Shown here piece by piece: positions 1 to 12,595 of a stretch of 64,000 nt of DNA (positions within the stretch are counted from its first letter, which is position 1; every line of letters begins with the position of its first letter). Source of the stretch: Azolla caroliniana. Taxonomy: Eukaryota > Plantae > Polypodiophyta. The notes beneath the pieces are model-generated. The model was not told the origin of the DNA and searched no databases. It was given only the letters and a program-made list of their open reading frames with translations. A program made the translations under genes and the position numbers. The stretch covers positions 806,001 to 870,000 of the forward strand of contig JBHGNT010000021.1 in NCBI GenBank assembly GCA_043228905.1. Direction: 5' to 3'.

Positions 1-436
1 TTCTTTGCTTTTCTTACTTGACCACATTTGGCATACATATCCAATGCCATGAGGACAAATCTTGACTAGGAAGTTCATCAAACACTAGATGAGCTTTTTC
101 CCAGTCATCACATTTGGCATACATGTCAACAAAAGCATTCCCAAATTCATCTAGTCCAAGCATTATGCTCTCTTTCTCCAACCTTTCCGATTATTCCAAA
201 GCTCTATAATTGTATCCATTATCTACATAGCCAGCAATCATGGTGTTCCAAGATACAATATCTTTTAAGAAAAGATTATCAAACGTATTGTAGGCATCCT
301 CAAGACTACTACATTTTGCATACATGTCAACAAGAGTGTTTCCAAGTGTTGAGCCCACCTCAAAGACTAGTTCCACAACCTCAAAATGGATGATTTTGCC
401 ACTATCTAGTGGTCTTGCGCTCGAGCATGCTTTCAA
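1..436 (-). pseudogene. PLS-class pentatricopeptide repeat (PPR) pseudogene fragment, running off the window start
   Basis: ORF 191..436 has PLS motifs (GNTLVDMYAKCSSLEDAYNTFD, DIVSWNTMIAGY) and then stops. Two more MYAKC motifs occur downstream (catttggcatacat at ~25-38 and ~111-124 on +), with a frameshift and deleted motif parts (..GNAFVDMYAKC../KAHLVFDELPSQDLSSW/..DMYAKCGQVRKAKE). Confidence 0.75.
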
Positions 437-857
437 AGGTTCACTAACGTGACTTAGTTTGGCCTAGAACTGTTTTATAACATAATTGAGTTATATATAA
501 TATACGAGCATTTTGTACTGTGTTTTGGTTTCCATCATGTGCTCTTGAGTGTAATAAGTCGAACTGTATTTTTGGGATTCAACTTCACAAATTCTCGACA
601 TTGAAATGTGACATGTTTGGCAAGATGCATCTTTCTTTTCTTTTCTTTTCCAAAAAAGGAGTTACTTTCCCATTGTTTAGGAGAGATTTTTACAGAAAGT
701 CTATACAAGTATGTAAGTCGAGGAATCACCCCCCCGGCCAAGATGCATCTTTCAACTTCATAAGTCTTCATATAATTTGCAATGATTGTTTATATAGTGT
801 GTTTTTGCTATAAATATACATTAGTTTATAGCATGAACAATAAGATCATAACAAAAA

Positions 858-1300
858 ATGAACAATACATTATTCGAAATTATACTTTTCAAACATAGAG
901 CTTCAATATAAGGCATTTTGCTCAATGGCATAATTTGGTGGGGTTTTACAAATTGCCTCACATTGATGATTCCCTCGAGTAATGTCAGCTACTAATAGAT
1001 TATAATTTAGAAAATGAACAATAGATTATCAAAAATATAAATTTCAAACATACATATAGCTTCCTAATATGGTAGTTTGCACAATGGCATTCTTTGGTGA
1101 GGTTTTACATATCACCTCAAGTTGAGGATTCCCACAAGTTATATAAATTGTTACAACTTACCATGTTGTAATAGAAGATGAACGATACATGATTAGAAAT
1201 ACACATTTCAAACATAGAACTTCAACATAAGGCACTTTGCACACTAACATTCTTTTATGCGGTTTTAGATTTCATCTCACATCAACGATTCCTTGAAGTA
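858..1300. repeat. Three diverged tandem copies of a ~155-165 bp unit
   Basis: The motif atgaac(a/g)ata..att...aaa...tttcaaacata..gcttc..ata.gg...tttgc.caatggcat..tttggtg.ggttttac..at..cctca..ttga.gattcc recurs at ~858, ~1014 and ~1179. Confidence 0.8.
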
Positions 1301-3211
1301 GTATAAGTTCTCACTCGAAGAAAGATTACTTAAATCATTTTTGAAAAAAAGAATTTGTCATAACTCATATTCAAATTCGAAATGCGCGCAATTTTGAGAT
1401 ACGAGAAATAATTAGAGACAACACAAACTTTAAGAGATCAGTTGCTTGCAGGGACATAAGTCATGATATATTTATCGAACTATGGAATAGAAACCAGTCA
1501 TGCTGAATTCTCGATGTAATAACACACTAATTATACAACTTGTGTGAGTCGAACAAAATGTCTTTTTCTTTTATATGCTTGAAAGAAAAATGCTTAGTTT
1601 GAAACTTGTACGTTTTAACAATGACCGCATGTTTACCGATCAAATATCTTGGAGTTTGTGAAATAACAAATGTGCTCCAAGTCTGCTAAATATGAAAATT
1701 GACTTATGTGATCTATACAAAAATGGCTTAGATAAAAACTTCATTGAAGGAGAGGGAGGTTCATATGAAAATGTTTGGTAACCGAAACAAACTAGGGACG
1801 CGCAAAAATATCCTTTATATTGAGTAAAGGAACCCCCGACAGTCAAAATGTGTCTAGATATGTCCTTGCCATTGGTTAGCTACGGGACAAAGTAATTAAG
1901 CTATTACATAATTACATTTTCCAAAGTCTAAGCTATATTAGGGTAGGACTTAAAATAAGGGAAATTTTAGAATAGAAAAGGACAATGAGTTGATCAGGGT
2001 GCTACATTTAAGGAGTCAATTAAGAGAAAGGGATGTCCATTAACTAGATGGATGGTCATAGGTATAGATATCAGCTCAACAATAGGCTCTAGATATAGAT
2101 ATAGGGTTAATTGTTATCGTGCGCTTTTTATGCATTATTCGGGTTCATGTTATGAACATGGAAAAGCTTCCATTCATGTATCAAGGGTAAATCTCTCTTT
2201 GATATGGTATTAAGCTTGCTCTTTATGATTGTCTGTAATATGTATGACTTGGTTGAGCCTAAGGTTTCTAGCACATACACAAATTACTCTTTTTGTGTAT
2301 CACTCAATATATGAAGGAATTTCCAAGGGAATGTGTATTTGTGCAACCCCCCTCCCCTGTCTCTTGAGGGAAACTCTTCAAATTTTGGAGGCAAAATATG
2401 CATACGTACAACAAAATGTTCAAATTCTCTAATGATTATAACAGCTTTCCATATCCGAGTTTCCTTCCCACGCGTCGAAGGAGATTTTAGAAAAGCTATT
2501 AACTAATAGAAAATTGGTATCATTCATCATTCATATTTCGATGTGGAAATAAGAGTCCTTGCACACATGTCATTGGGACACAGATGATAGAATGTTTCTC
2601 ACTGCTGGTTGTTTTTGGTAAAACCCAAAATCAGGTAATGATGGGAAGCATCTTGACTATCGTGGTGGGATTTGATATGATGTGACACATAAAACCAATA
2701 TAACTATGGTAGTTTTACGGTAGCCTCATAGCTTGAAAATGTTAATGAGGGGACATCTCATCTAGTAACTTCAAAACAAATACCCTAGGCATAATCCATC
2801 AAAATCTAGGATACCTATTACCTAATGAGCTAGGCAAATTAGAGAGACCCATTTGGCGATCAGGTTTCTCCACGCTTTTGGGTGAGGTGAGGTTAATTTG
2901 CACACCATTTTCTTTACGTACTCCCCCCGGGATTGATGACCCCGCCTAGATGCGCTCTGGCTTGGATACAACATCTAAACTAAAAAAGCAACATTGTCTA
3001 AGCACGGGTAAAGTCTATGCTTCGGTGATAGTAGGTATCATCCTTGGATTGTGGTTGTGGCACAAATTATGGATACTGGGTTATAATAAACGTACAATAT
3101 GTTCATACCCCGACTATAGATCTCCGATTGAGTAGATTGACCTCCCTACAATGTACTCAACATGTTCTTGACGAGAAAGATCAAGAAATCATGGTGAGGA
3201 CACTAGGAACG

Positions 3212-3247
<36 letters not shown>

Positions 3248-3560
3248 CAATAAGGTTGTGGGTAGTTCCGGAGATTTTCCTTGGAGATTTAGCAAAAATC
3301 AGTGAAAGTACTCCATCTTCTTCTACAGAAACCAAACTCCACCATTATAAGAAATCATGTAACAATTACAAACAACAATATATAATTACGCAATTAACAA
3401 TAAGAAAATAAGAGTAGATAAATGTATATAATGAATATGGGAGAGTGTTTTATTAGTTAAGCTCTCGCCGAAATTATGATTTTATTATTATTATTAAATT
3501 TTCGAGAGCCCAAAAAAAAACGAAACAAATGAAACGTTCCGAAAACCGAACAAAGGACGA

Positions 3561-3601
3561 TGACACGTGGAGTACGGTGCCACGTGGAGGGGTCACACGT
3601 A
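3561..3601 (+). promoter_or_regulatory. Cluster of G-box/ABRE (ACGT-core) elements upstream of the kinase gene
   Basis: tgaCACGTGg (3564-3569), gcCACGTGg (3581-3586) and caCACGTa (~3596-3601), followed by a CT-rich tract typical of plant 5' UTRs; about 330 bp upstream of ATG 3923. Confidence 0.5.
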
Positions 3602-3922
3602 GGCGGGCTTTCAACGAATGGGCACATGCCACATAGGATCTCTCACACACACTTTCTCTCTCTCTTTCTCTCTCTTCTGTCTGTCTCTCTCTTCTCTGTC
3701 TCTGTCTCTGTCGCTGTATGTCTCTCTGTTTTCTCATACCATCATCAGTTGGTATCATCACATACACAGATGTATGTATGTATGTATGTATGTATATAAA
3801 GATGTATGAGCAACACATGTGGCCATCAAATTCTCTCAAAACCATCAGCGATATGTTCACATAGAGATCCCCAGAAGCTCTCATCGCCATCGCCACCACA
3901 GTAGAGAGGCATCCATCCATCC

Positions 3923-5944
3923 ATGGGTAGACCTAGACCCCCTCCCCTCTCCCCTCAGGCTGCTGCCATCGCTATCACATTTCTCTTGCTTCTCTTCGCT
4001 ATCGCCATCTTCAGATTCTTTCGGCCGCGCCGCGCCGGACCACCACGCCTTCCGCCTAATGTGAAAAGATTCCGATACCGTGACCTAGAAACCGCAACAG
4101 ACTCCTTCGATGCGAGCCACAAATTAGGGCAGGGTGGATTAGGTATAGTCTTCAAAGGTGTGCTCAAGAATGGCCAAGAAGTGGCCATCAAAAGGCTTGA
4201 TGATTCTCCTCTTTCTTCTCGAGGAGAGATGGAGCTCCAGAATGAGCTCCTTATGATGAGCCATGTCAATAACTCTTGCCCTCACATTGTGAGCTTATTA
4301 GGGTTTAGTTCCCATAGAAAGCATAAGCTACTTGTGTATGAGTACATGGAGAACAAGAGTGTGCAAGAAGCTCTGTTTGATGAGAACTACCCTTACAAAT
4401 TGACTTGGGAGCAGAGGTTCCAGATCCTTCTAGAAGCATCCAGAGCATTGGCTTTCCTCCATGAATGCAAACCTTGTCCCATCATACATGGGGATGTTAA
4501 GCCCAGCAATGTGCTGCTGGATGGCCGGTTCGGAGCTCGACTGGCCGATTTTGGCCTCGCAAGGTTCAAGACACACCTCATGAGAAGTGGAATCGGTAAG
4601 GACGAAGAGCCTTGCGGGACAAGAGGCCTAGAGCATGGAGCGATTCGACACAAGCATATAATTGTTAAGGAAAAACTAGAGAAGGTCATGTCTATGCCAA
4701 GAAAGCTTGATGACATGAGCCCCACACCTTGTCCGGGTTCGCAATTAGCCAACGATTCGTCCATTGCGGTTTTCACAACCTCTCCGGAGAGTGACGCGTC
4801 GTCCTTCACCGCAATGCAAGCATCGGAGGTGCCATCGACGGCCGAGAGCTTCGTGGATGATGTCCGGCTCGATGTGAATTCGCTTATGGACGATGATGCC
4901 CATGTTGATGCAACAAATTCGCTCCGAGAAGGAAGTGTTCCTGGGCCTCCTCCAAGTAGTAGTGTTAGAGAGTATGTGATGGAGTGGATGGGGCATAAAC
5001 ACAAGGTCCTGATTGCTATCAAGGACTGTGATGCTGCCTCGGAAGCCAGTACCAATACCTCTGCCACCACTGTGAGCACTGCGAAAGACTCGGGTGAGCC
5101 GAGGAAACAATCACGGAGCTCGGAATGGTGGGGAAATGTGCTACCCGAGGATCGAGATTGCGTGATTGCTCAAGTAGAGAAGACAGAGGAAGGGTTTAGG
5201 GGTGAACCAGAAGATGCTTGTTCGATTGTCGTCCAACCCGCCCACGAGACCAAGAAGAAAGATTGCGGTGTGAAATCGCGGAGGTGGAACGCGAGCTTTG
5301 AATGGTGTAGGAGTGACGAGACCCGCGAATGTGGCGAGAAGTGTGAAATAAGCGAAAATGTGAAGCCCCTAAGCCGAGAATGGTGGAAAGATGATGAGCT
5401 TGCCACGGGAGGAAAAGAGTGGAAATCGAGAAACAAAAAGATGGAGAGCTCAGTAAGTTGTTGTAGTGATGGCTGGAGTGGTGAGCTAGGTGCCAGCAAA
5501 GGGGTACATACCACCCCAAGCATGAGGGGTACCATATGCTACGTTGCACCGGAAAATGGTAGTGGAGTCGTCCTTTCCGAGAAAAGCGATGTCTATAGCT
5601 TCGGTGTGCTCATGCTAGTTGTTGTCTCGGGGAGAAGACCCTTACAAGTTATGGATTCCCCCTTAGTAGAGTTTGAGAGAGCCAACCTCGTATCATGGTC
5701 AAGGCACCTTGCGCACTTTGGAAATGTCCTAGACCTTGTTGACACTTCCCTCAAGGGGGCATTTGACGAGCCACAAGCTACTCTTTGTATAACCATAGCT
5801 TTATTATGCCTTCAAAGGCTTCCTTCCATGAGGCCCTCAATGAATGAAGTCCTTAAGATGCTTTTAGGGGAGATGCAATGCCCTTCCCTTCCATCACAAC
5901 TATCGTTGTCACATCGTTGTCGAAGGACACGTAAACCTCGATGA
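3923..5944 (+). CDS. Receptor-like cytoplasmic Ser/Thr kinase of RLCK-XI type (At2g45590/At4g25390-like), intronless, 673 aa
   Basis: N-terminal hydrophobic anchor (AAAIAITFLLLLFAIAIF), RRFRYRDL, LGQGGLG, VAIK, HGDVKPSN and ADFGLAR. A ~300-aa insert follows, then TPSMRGTICYVAPE, SDVYSFG, SGRRPLQV..FERANL.SW and RPSM. Confidence 0.93.
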   Translation: MGRPRPPPLSPQAAAIAITFLLLLFAIAIFRFFRPRRAGPPRLPPNVKRFRYRDLETATDSFDASHKLGQGGLGIVFKGVLKNGQEVAIKRLDDSPLSSRGEMELQNELLMMSHVNNSCPHIVSLLGFSSHRKHKLLVYEYMENKSVQEALFDENYPYKLTWEQRFQILLEASRALAFLHECKPCPIIHGDVKPSNVLLDGRFGARLADFGLARFKTHLMRSGIGKDEEPCGTRGLEHGAIRHKHIIVKEKLEKVMSMPRKLDDMSPTPCPGSQLANDSSIAVFTTSPESDASSFTAMQASEVPSTAESFVDDVRLDVNSLMDDDAHVDATNSLREGSVPGPPPSSSVREYVMEWMGHKHKVLIAIKDCDAASEASTNTSATTVSTAKDSGEPRKQSRSSEWWGNVLPEDRDCVIAQVEKTEEGFRGEPEDACSIVVQPAHETKKKDCGVKSRRWNASFEWCRSDETRECGEKCEISENVKPLSREWWKDDELATGGKEWKSRNKKMESSVSCCSDGWSGELGASKGVHTTPSMRGTICYVAPENGSGVVLSEKSDVYSFGVLMLVVVSGRRPLQVMDSPLVEFERANLVSWSRHLAHFGNVLDLVDTSLKGAFDEPQATLCITIALLCLQRLPSMRPSMNEVLKMLLGEMQCPSLPSQLSLSHRCRRTRKPR

Positions 5945-6944
5945 CAATACCACTTACCTAATTTTTAGAGGGAGTAACCAATGATTGTAGAAGAGATAGG
6001 TTCTTGGAATACCCTCAATGAAAGTTATGGCAATGTTTTATTGTCTAAATTACTTGTACATGCTCCTCAATCGATTGTTATTCATTAAAATGGTGTACAT
6101 GGTAACAATTAGACCACTACGCGTTGGCTAAACAAAACACTATGATACAAGAAGAATGTCACATGTAAAACTGAAAACTTGCCTTTGTATATTCTTCTTT
6201 TGTACATAAACTCTTTCGTCCATTGGGATCGCTAAGCTCCAATATAGAGACAATATCATTGCTAATTGATAGAGTTGTTAGTAAAGGCATTGTTCAATAG
6301 GAAATTGTCCTTTTGCATACATAGCTTCCTAGAGATCGTTCTTATTTAAGCTTACATAATTTAGCACTCATTTTGTGCATGATTTTTTTGTTCATCCCAC
6401 ATTGTTACCTTTTATAATACATACCAACATTTTCAATTCCAACCAAACATCACTTTGGCACTAGATTGTGCATTATTTCTTCGTGTTAGTTGCAAATAAT
6501 TCATGGTCTCTTAATACATATCCATATTCCTATAATGCATAATTGCATGAGAAATGGGTTAGTACAATTGATCATAGGTATAGCATGGATGCATCATGGG
6601 GGAAAGTGGCTTGGGGTTTGTCTTGAGCACCCAAATTACTCTAAAGAATTTGAGTAAGCCATGCCTAATAATTTTGTTGGGAGATATCTATTCGGAGCAT
6701 TGTTTGAACTCGGGTCTATAGTGCAATTTGTGAAAGTTATGATGATATATTAAGAGGGGGTGATGACTTGAGTGTCACAATAAAGAGAACGCCTAGAAGG
6801 TTGTGCTCATATGTGTTTGCCTTATTCACACATCGAGACTTGGGTGCTTCAAAGTATGAATATCCCTTCTTAGGAAGGAGACACACATCAAGATAACTTT
6901 TGTACTTAGGTCCCATGGGCCAATATTGGCCTCTCTATGGACAC

Positions 6945-6946
<2 letters not shown>

Positions 6947-7005
<59 letters not shown>
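6947..7005. repeat. (CT)n microsatellite
   Basis: Pure CT dinucleotide run. Similar runs occur at ~3214-3246, ~24690-24711 (GA) and ~45573-45600. Confidence 0.95.
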
Positions 7006-7010
<5 letters not shown>

Positions 7011-7149
7011 ATTATGTAAGATTACTAAAAGTGGATGAATTACAATGGCAAAGAGTAAGAGGCATAATTGGCATTCTCCGCTAACTAATTTCAAAAGTGG
7101 AATGGGTAGGCTAATTCCCTTGTTAGAACCCTTGCAAATGTTTACCAAA

Positions 7150-9890
7150 TCATATATGAATAATTAATGCCCTTACAAATTTCCAATTCACATTATCATA
7201 AAATTTCCTACATCTATTTGTACCTGATTGTCCACAACCATACATACATTTAGAATATTATGTAGAAAGTTCCTTCCTAATATAAACTGGTATTGTGGTT
7301 TGTGAATAATTGGGGGCAAATATTTATGCAACCTATTAGCAATGACCTTGACAAATAGCTTGTATACTCCTTCAATTAAAGAAATAATTCACCGTTGATT
7401 AAAATATGATGGCTATGGAACCTACGACAACAATTTTATTAAACCAATCTTCCATGATTGTGGTATTTACCAAACTTGTTGAAACATAATTGTGATTGGT
7501 CCCTTTCGGTCTTGTACATACTCCTTAAAAACTCATTTGTAACTCCATCCTAGCCATAGCTTTTATAATATATCAGAATCAATCGCAACAGATAGTAAAA
7601 AGACATCTATCTATTATCAATCGGAAATCCTATGTTAAATCTAACTTGAGGATTTCTACTATCAATTGAGATACATAACCTCTCACTCCACCAAAATAAA
7701 AAGGGAGCATTTGTAACATTGTCATCAATATTAAATATGAATCAAATAATTGTATGAAATATTCTTGACTTCTTCCCTCGATGAATTGTGGATATGTATG
7801 CAATTGTCCATTCACTTTTAGCCATACAACATTAACATGTGATTCATGTAAGGCATGAATAATTTGATGTTATTGACAACTATTATCCTCTAACTCATGC
7901 CTCGTCATATACACCTAAGCTTATTAATAATTGTGCATTTGTAATCCTTGGCACTTGCAATGATCTCATCAAAACACTTTGAATCTCCCCAAGCACCCAT
8001 CTCTTGGCAAATAATTCAACAAATTATTACATTTATCTATCAACTATGCCATGGCAATTAATGTTTGTCTTTTGATTGAAGCATGTTAATCCCATAAAGT
8101 CTAGCCACTTTTTGCATACTGCAAATATTGCCCCCCAATTTTGGCCCCAACACAAAGTAAAAATGCCAGAACGTATCTAATCATGTCTCACTACCCCGCG
8201 AGCCTTGGCTCTCGAAGAGCTTTAACACTTTTTCAAACTCACTTAGACAAGTTAGGTGTTGAGGTAGCATCCTGGCATCATCACCCAAATTTGAAGATAT
8301 GCAATGTATGCAATTAAAACCTAGTTGAGGATGGATATCACTTATTGCATGTTTAGCATATAAGGTAATTCCCAATAAATATGTCGGCTTGTTAGACATG
8401 AATGAGAATGTAATTGTGCACATATATATGTGTGTGCATTGTTTTCACATAGAGAGCTTTTACTAGAGAGTAGTAAAAACCCCTTACTATGAAGGAGTCA
8501 CATACAATATGATATGTTGATTTGGTTCCATAAGTCAAATTTGGCCTCATCATGGGTGATAAAACATCCATTCTATTCTATCCTTCAACTTGAATATTTT
8601 CCATAAATTAAACCAACAATTGCCTCGAATATCAATGGAGTACTTCATGATGGAGGAAAGAGGAGTTAAATCATGTAGGGGTTTTTTGCAAAATGCAGTC
8701 AAGAAAATGAGCTATCGATTGTTGAGAAAATTGGAGTAGTACCAACGGAAATGACTTGACATACCTTCCTATGATAAATTGTAATATCCAATGCCCTTCA
8801 CAAGAAGTCAACAATATGCATCATGTACATTCAATCCAACCTACTTAACATAGACCTATATTGTACACATTGAAATGTGTATATCGTCTCATGAATCCAC
8901 TTCCATACGCCACCTTTCTACACTTTAACCTCAAATTGCTCCCATGCTTGTAAATCTAGGGCATTAATCAAATAGAGTAGGGATGTGTATTGCTCTACCT
9001 CACAAGCCACAACTTACAATAAAATCCCCCATGAGGATCCCTTATCGCCCATGCCTTGGGACAAGAGCCAAAGAATATCATAATAACCTCTGGTCTTGAG
9101 GTACATTCATTGCATATACATATTCTAACCTACCATATTAATTATTCATAATATAATTTCAACCACAATATATGTGCCAAGAACATCTCTTGCTATGATA
9201 TGTGATGGAACTAATCATGATAAGCATTAAAACACATAAATAATAACCTAACTTTATCCCACCATAACACGGTTTATAACCATGTAAATTAATGGAGGGC
9301 CATAACATCCCATTGATTTGGTAACAAAGTACGTTGTTACCCATGCATCTTAATTTTCATCCTTGTACATTCCATGTACTAGTTACATTCATTCCTTAAT
9401 GTTTCCTTTTGTCATGATCGTGCTTTCCTTTACTATTAAAGTTTCTACCAAAGCACTTGACCTTTGTTTGCTTACATTTATCCCAAGGAATATTCACCCT
9501 GCCCTTGCTATCATATGTGAACTTCTTTGGGGAGTTATCTAAACAACCAAGTGTCCTATTGTTCCATGAACATGAAGTTGCCCCATCTTTTTCTTATCTT
9601 TATCCTTTTTATTAATCCCACCTTTGTTATTTTTAATGGTCCTTTGTGAATATACACCCCATGGCCTTGAATCCTCCAATATGGACTTTTTACCTTTATC
9701 CTTCACTCTAACATGGTCACTTGATTTTCCCATAACTATCTACGTTTGTTGCTTTGGAATTTCCAAAGGGTGATCATCCATTACCATTTCAACCACTTGG
9801 GACTCTACAATTGTCTCCTTTCATGGACACTCTACCATAAAGTGGGCCAAAACTTCACATTTGAAGCAATGAATGCCCTATGAAATTGTC
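7150..9890 (-). mobile_element. Degenerate L1-type LINE retrotransposon (end of ORF1 plus ORF2 endonuclease/RT remnants)
   Basis: The minus strand reads, in the expected order: CCHC zinc knuckle CFKCEVLAHFMVEC (9868..9827); endonuclease-like ILMGDF (~9040-9020) and SRLD (~8845-8833); RT motif NQR*IISLIEGVYKLFVKVIANRLHKYLPPIIHKPQYQFILGRNFLHNIL (~7400-7250). Many stops and frameshifts; ends not defined. Confidence 0.8.
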
Positions 9891-10144
9891 CATTCACCCT
9901 ATACACACATGATATATATAGATATGTATGTATGTATGCATATGTAAATGTCTTACTTAATGCATGAGGCTTAACATACACATTTGTTCCTTTATAGACC
10001 TATATTCCCTAATTCTTCACAAATAGAATCTTATTTATCTAATCCTAAGCAAGAGTATAATAAATGTGATCTGGGGTTGTTGTTGTTTTCCAAAACCAAA
10101 TATCCTTCCAATAGCTCTATAGAAAGGTCATAACAGTTCAACTT

Positions 10145-10576
10145 ACAAAGTATTTTTTCCCAAGCCTATCTTGTGTAAGATAATGGCTGAGGAAACAAAT
10201 CTATGTACTCCAACATAGAGAAGACAGTCCAATAATTACAATCTATTCCCTAGACACATTGCAAGGTATCCATATCCATAGACAACAACAAAAGTAGCTC
10301 TACTCAGAAAGAAGCCCTCTCGGGTCATAGTTATGAGCCATTCAATACTTCTTCAACCTGACAAAGTATTTTTTCCAAAGCCCGTCTTGCGTAAGATAAT
10401 GGCTGAGGAAACAAATCTATGTACTCCAACATAGAGAAAACAATCCAATAATTACAATCTATTCCCTAGACACATTGCAAGGTATCCATATCCATAAACA
10501 ACAACAAAAGTAGTTCTATTCAGAAAGAAGCCCTCTCAGGTCATAGTTATGAGCCATTCAATACTTCTTCAACCTG
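10145..10576. repeat. Near-perfect tandem duplication, 2 x 216 bp
   Basis: The unit acaaagtatttttt...atacttcttcaacctg occurs at 10145-10360 and 10361-10576 with only scattered substitutions. Confidence 0.95.
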
Positions 10577-11961
10577 TACATCTAGGATTTGAAGAAGATC
10601 AACTACTTTGTTTGGTTTTTCAAGATAACCACTATTCACGTTCGTAACTATAAAGTCGACAACTATGCTTCCTCTTTCCACATCAACCATCTTGCCAGAT
10701 TACACCAAATTCATGTACATACAACAACAAATTAAGTCAAGTTCCCTCCTCTCCTCATGAGCTTATTCTTCAACCCCCACACCATCATCACTCGTCCTTA
10801 TCAAAAACATAAAAACTGCTCCGTTACGTCCTCATCAACCATCTCGCCAAATACCACCAAATTCCTGCACATAAACAATAAAATGCGTGTAAAGTCCTCG
10901 TGATGTGGTGTTGTATTGCATGATGTTAGAACCATTACATTAAACGCCTTACAGAAATAACACAAGTGGTGGAAGTGGGCACAACCTTTTATGGTGCCTT
11001 TATTTATGAGTGGTGTTAGGAATGTACGAGTGAAGCAAAAGACAAACATATTACATGCCCTTATATTGAAGTTCCAAGGAAATTTTACCACCTTCAACTT
11101 TGGGTGGTTCTTAATGTTTCTTAAGGATCAATTCTTCTAACCTTCTAACGCGCTCGACAATTTTAGAATGGATAAAACATAATAAGACAAAAGTGATCAC
11201 ATATATGACCCATCACCCAACTTAATGCCCCCAAGTTGAATCCTAGTATTTGACTTTAACTTATATGTGAGGGACAAAATCATGTTTTGCTTTTTAAGTG
11301 GTCGGTGCACTCGAGAAAAATGAGAAAATCAAGGAGAGCATGGTATGTCTTATCCAAACCACGACAACTACATTGACGCTTTCTAAATGTTTGCACTAAA
11401 AATACACTAATCATGGGCATGCTCATGAAGAATTGGTTTAGTTCGTCATGAGCAAATGACTACTACACATTGTGATAATGATAGGCACACAATGAGTACT
11501 TGATACATAACGAAGTAAAAAAAGAGTTGGTTTCTGCCTCTATGGCAAAAATAATTAGCACCTCGAAATTTTGTCAACATCTCTCGAGCAAAAGGAACAC
11601 AAACATCCACGAACTACATGATCAATTCATCCCCTTTCTCTCCAAGTATGTGTGTTCTTTGAAAATTTATATAAACAAAATGCACCCTTTTGTACTCTTC
11701 TTTGGGGATGGATGAGAGAGGGTGGTAGTGACCAAACGCCATCTGGGGGGGAATAATAAAAACCCAAGGGCATTGTAAGAGATCAAGGAAATTTCAAGCG
11801 CATTTTTACAGAGTTTCTGCCTATGACGAGTAGAGGATAGTTATGGTTTGCAGAGTGGACAATGATTTGAGTGAGTGTGCTTTCAAGCGAAGGTTTCTTT
11901 TTTTCCCCTCTTCTGTTCAATCACTTACAAATATACGGTTGAATGGTTGGAGGGAGAATAG

Positions 11962-12404
11962 TAGATAGAACAAAGCTATGTCAAGGATGTTTGGAAGTCG
12001 GAGTGGAATGGAGTGTAGTGGATAGATGTGGCCCTAGGCTCGAAGCCCATTGTAGATAGAACGAAGCTATATGTCAATGTTGTTCGAAACACAAGTGGAA
12101 TGGTTAGATATGGTGTTTGGGGGGGTGGTTGAAAGCTCGGATGGTGCTTGAAACACCATCTCTTTCTCGCATATGCTTCGGTAGGTTTTTAACTTGATCG
12201 CAAACGGTTCATACATGTTTGGTAAGGAGCATCAGATGGGAATTAAGCAAAACACAATCAATCCATGTTTGGTAAGGGGATGGGAGTTAAGCAAAACGCA
12301 ATCAATACATGGTTGGTAAGGGGGGCATCAGGTGGGAATTAAGCAAAACCCAATCAATCCATGTTTGGTAAGGGGGAGGGGCATGAGATGGGAATTAAGC
12401 AAAA
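11962..12404. repeat. Two adjacent tandem repeat sets upstream of the SINA gene (2 x ~91 bp; 4 x ~45-55 bp)
   Basis: tagatagaac(a/g)aagctat..gtcaa..gtggaatgg occurs at 11962 and 12053. catg(t/g)ttggtaagg...gg(a/g)a(a/g)ttaagcaaaa occurs at ~12214, 12264, 12308 and 12360. Confidence 0.85.
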
Positions 12405-12555
12405 TTCAGGGAGGGAGGGCTATGGTATGTATCATGTATGTATGCATACATACATAATGTATTGTTGTTGTTCCAGATATTTATTTTATTTTTTTCTCCC
12501 CTAAGACCGAGAGAAGGTAGTTCTGGGCGAATGGGCGCTGCACATCAAAGCCACC

Positions 12556-12595
<40 letters not shown>
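12556..12595. repeat. (CAT)n trinucleotide microsatellite in the probable SINA 5' leader
   Basis: About 13 consecutive CAT/TCA units. Confidence 0.95.

Noticed and set aside
4393-5549. Long antisense ORFs (228, 121, 121 and 117 aa) over the kinase gene
   Set aside because: Shadow ORFs of a GC-richer coding strand; no recognisable motifs.
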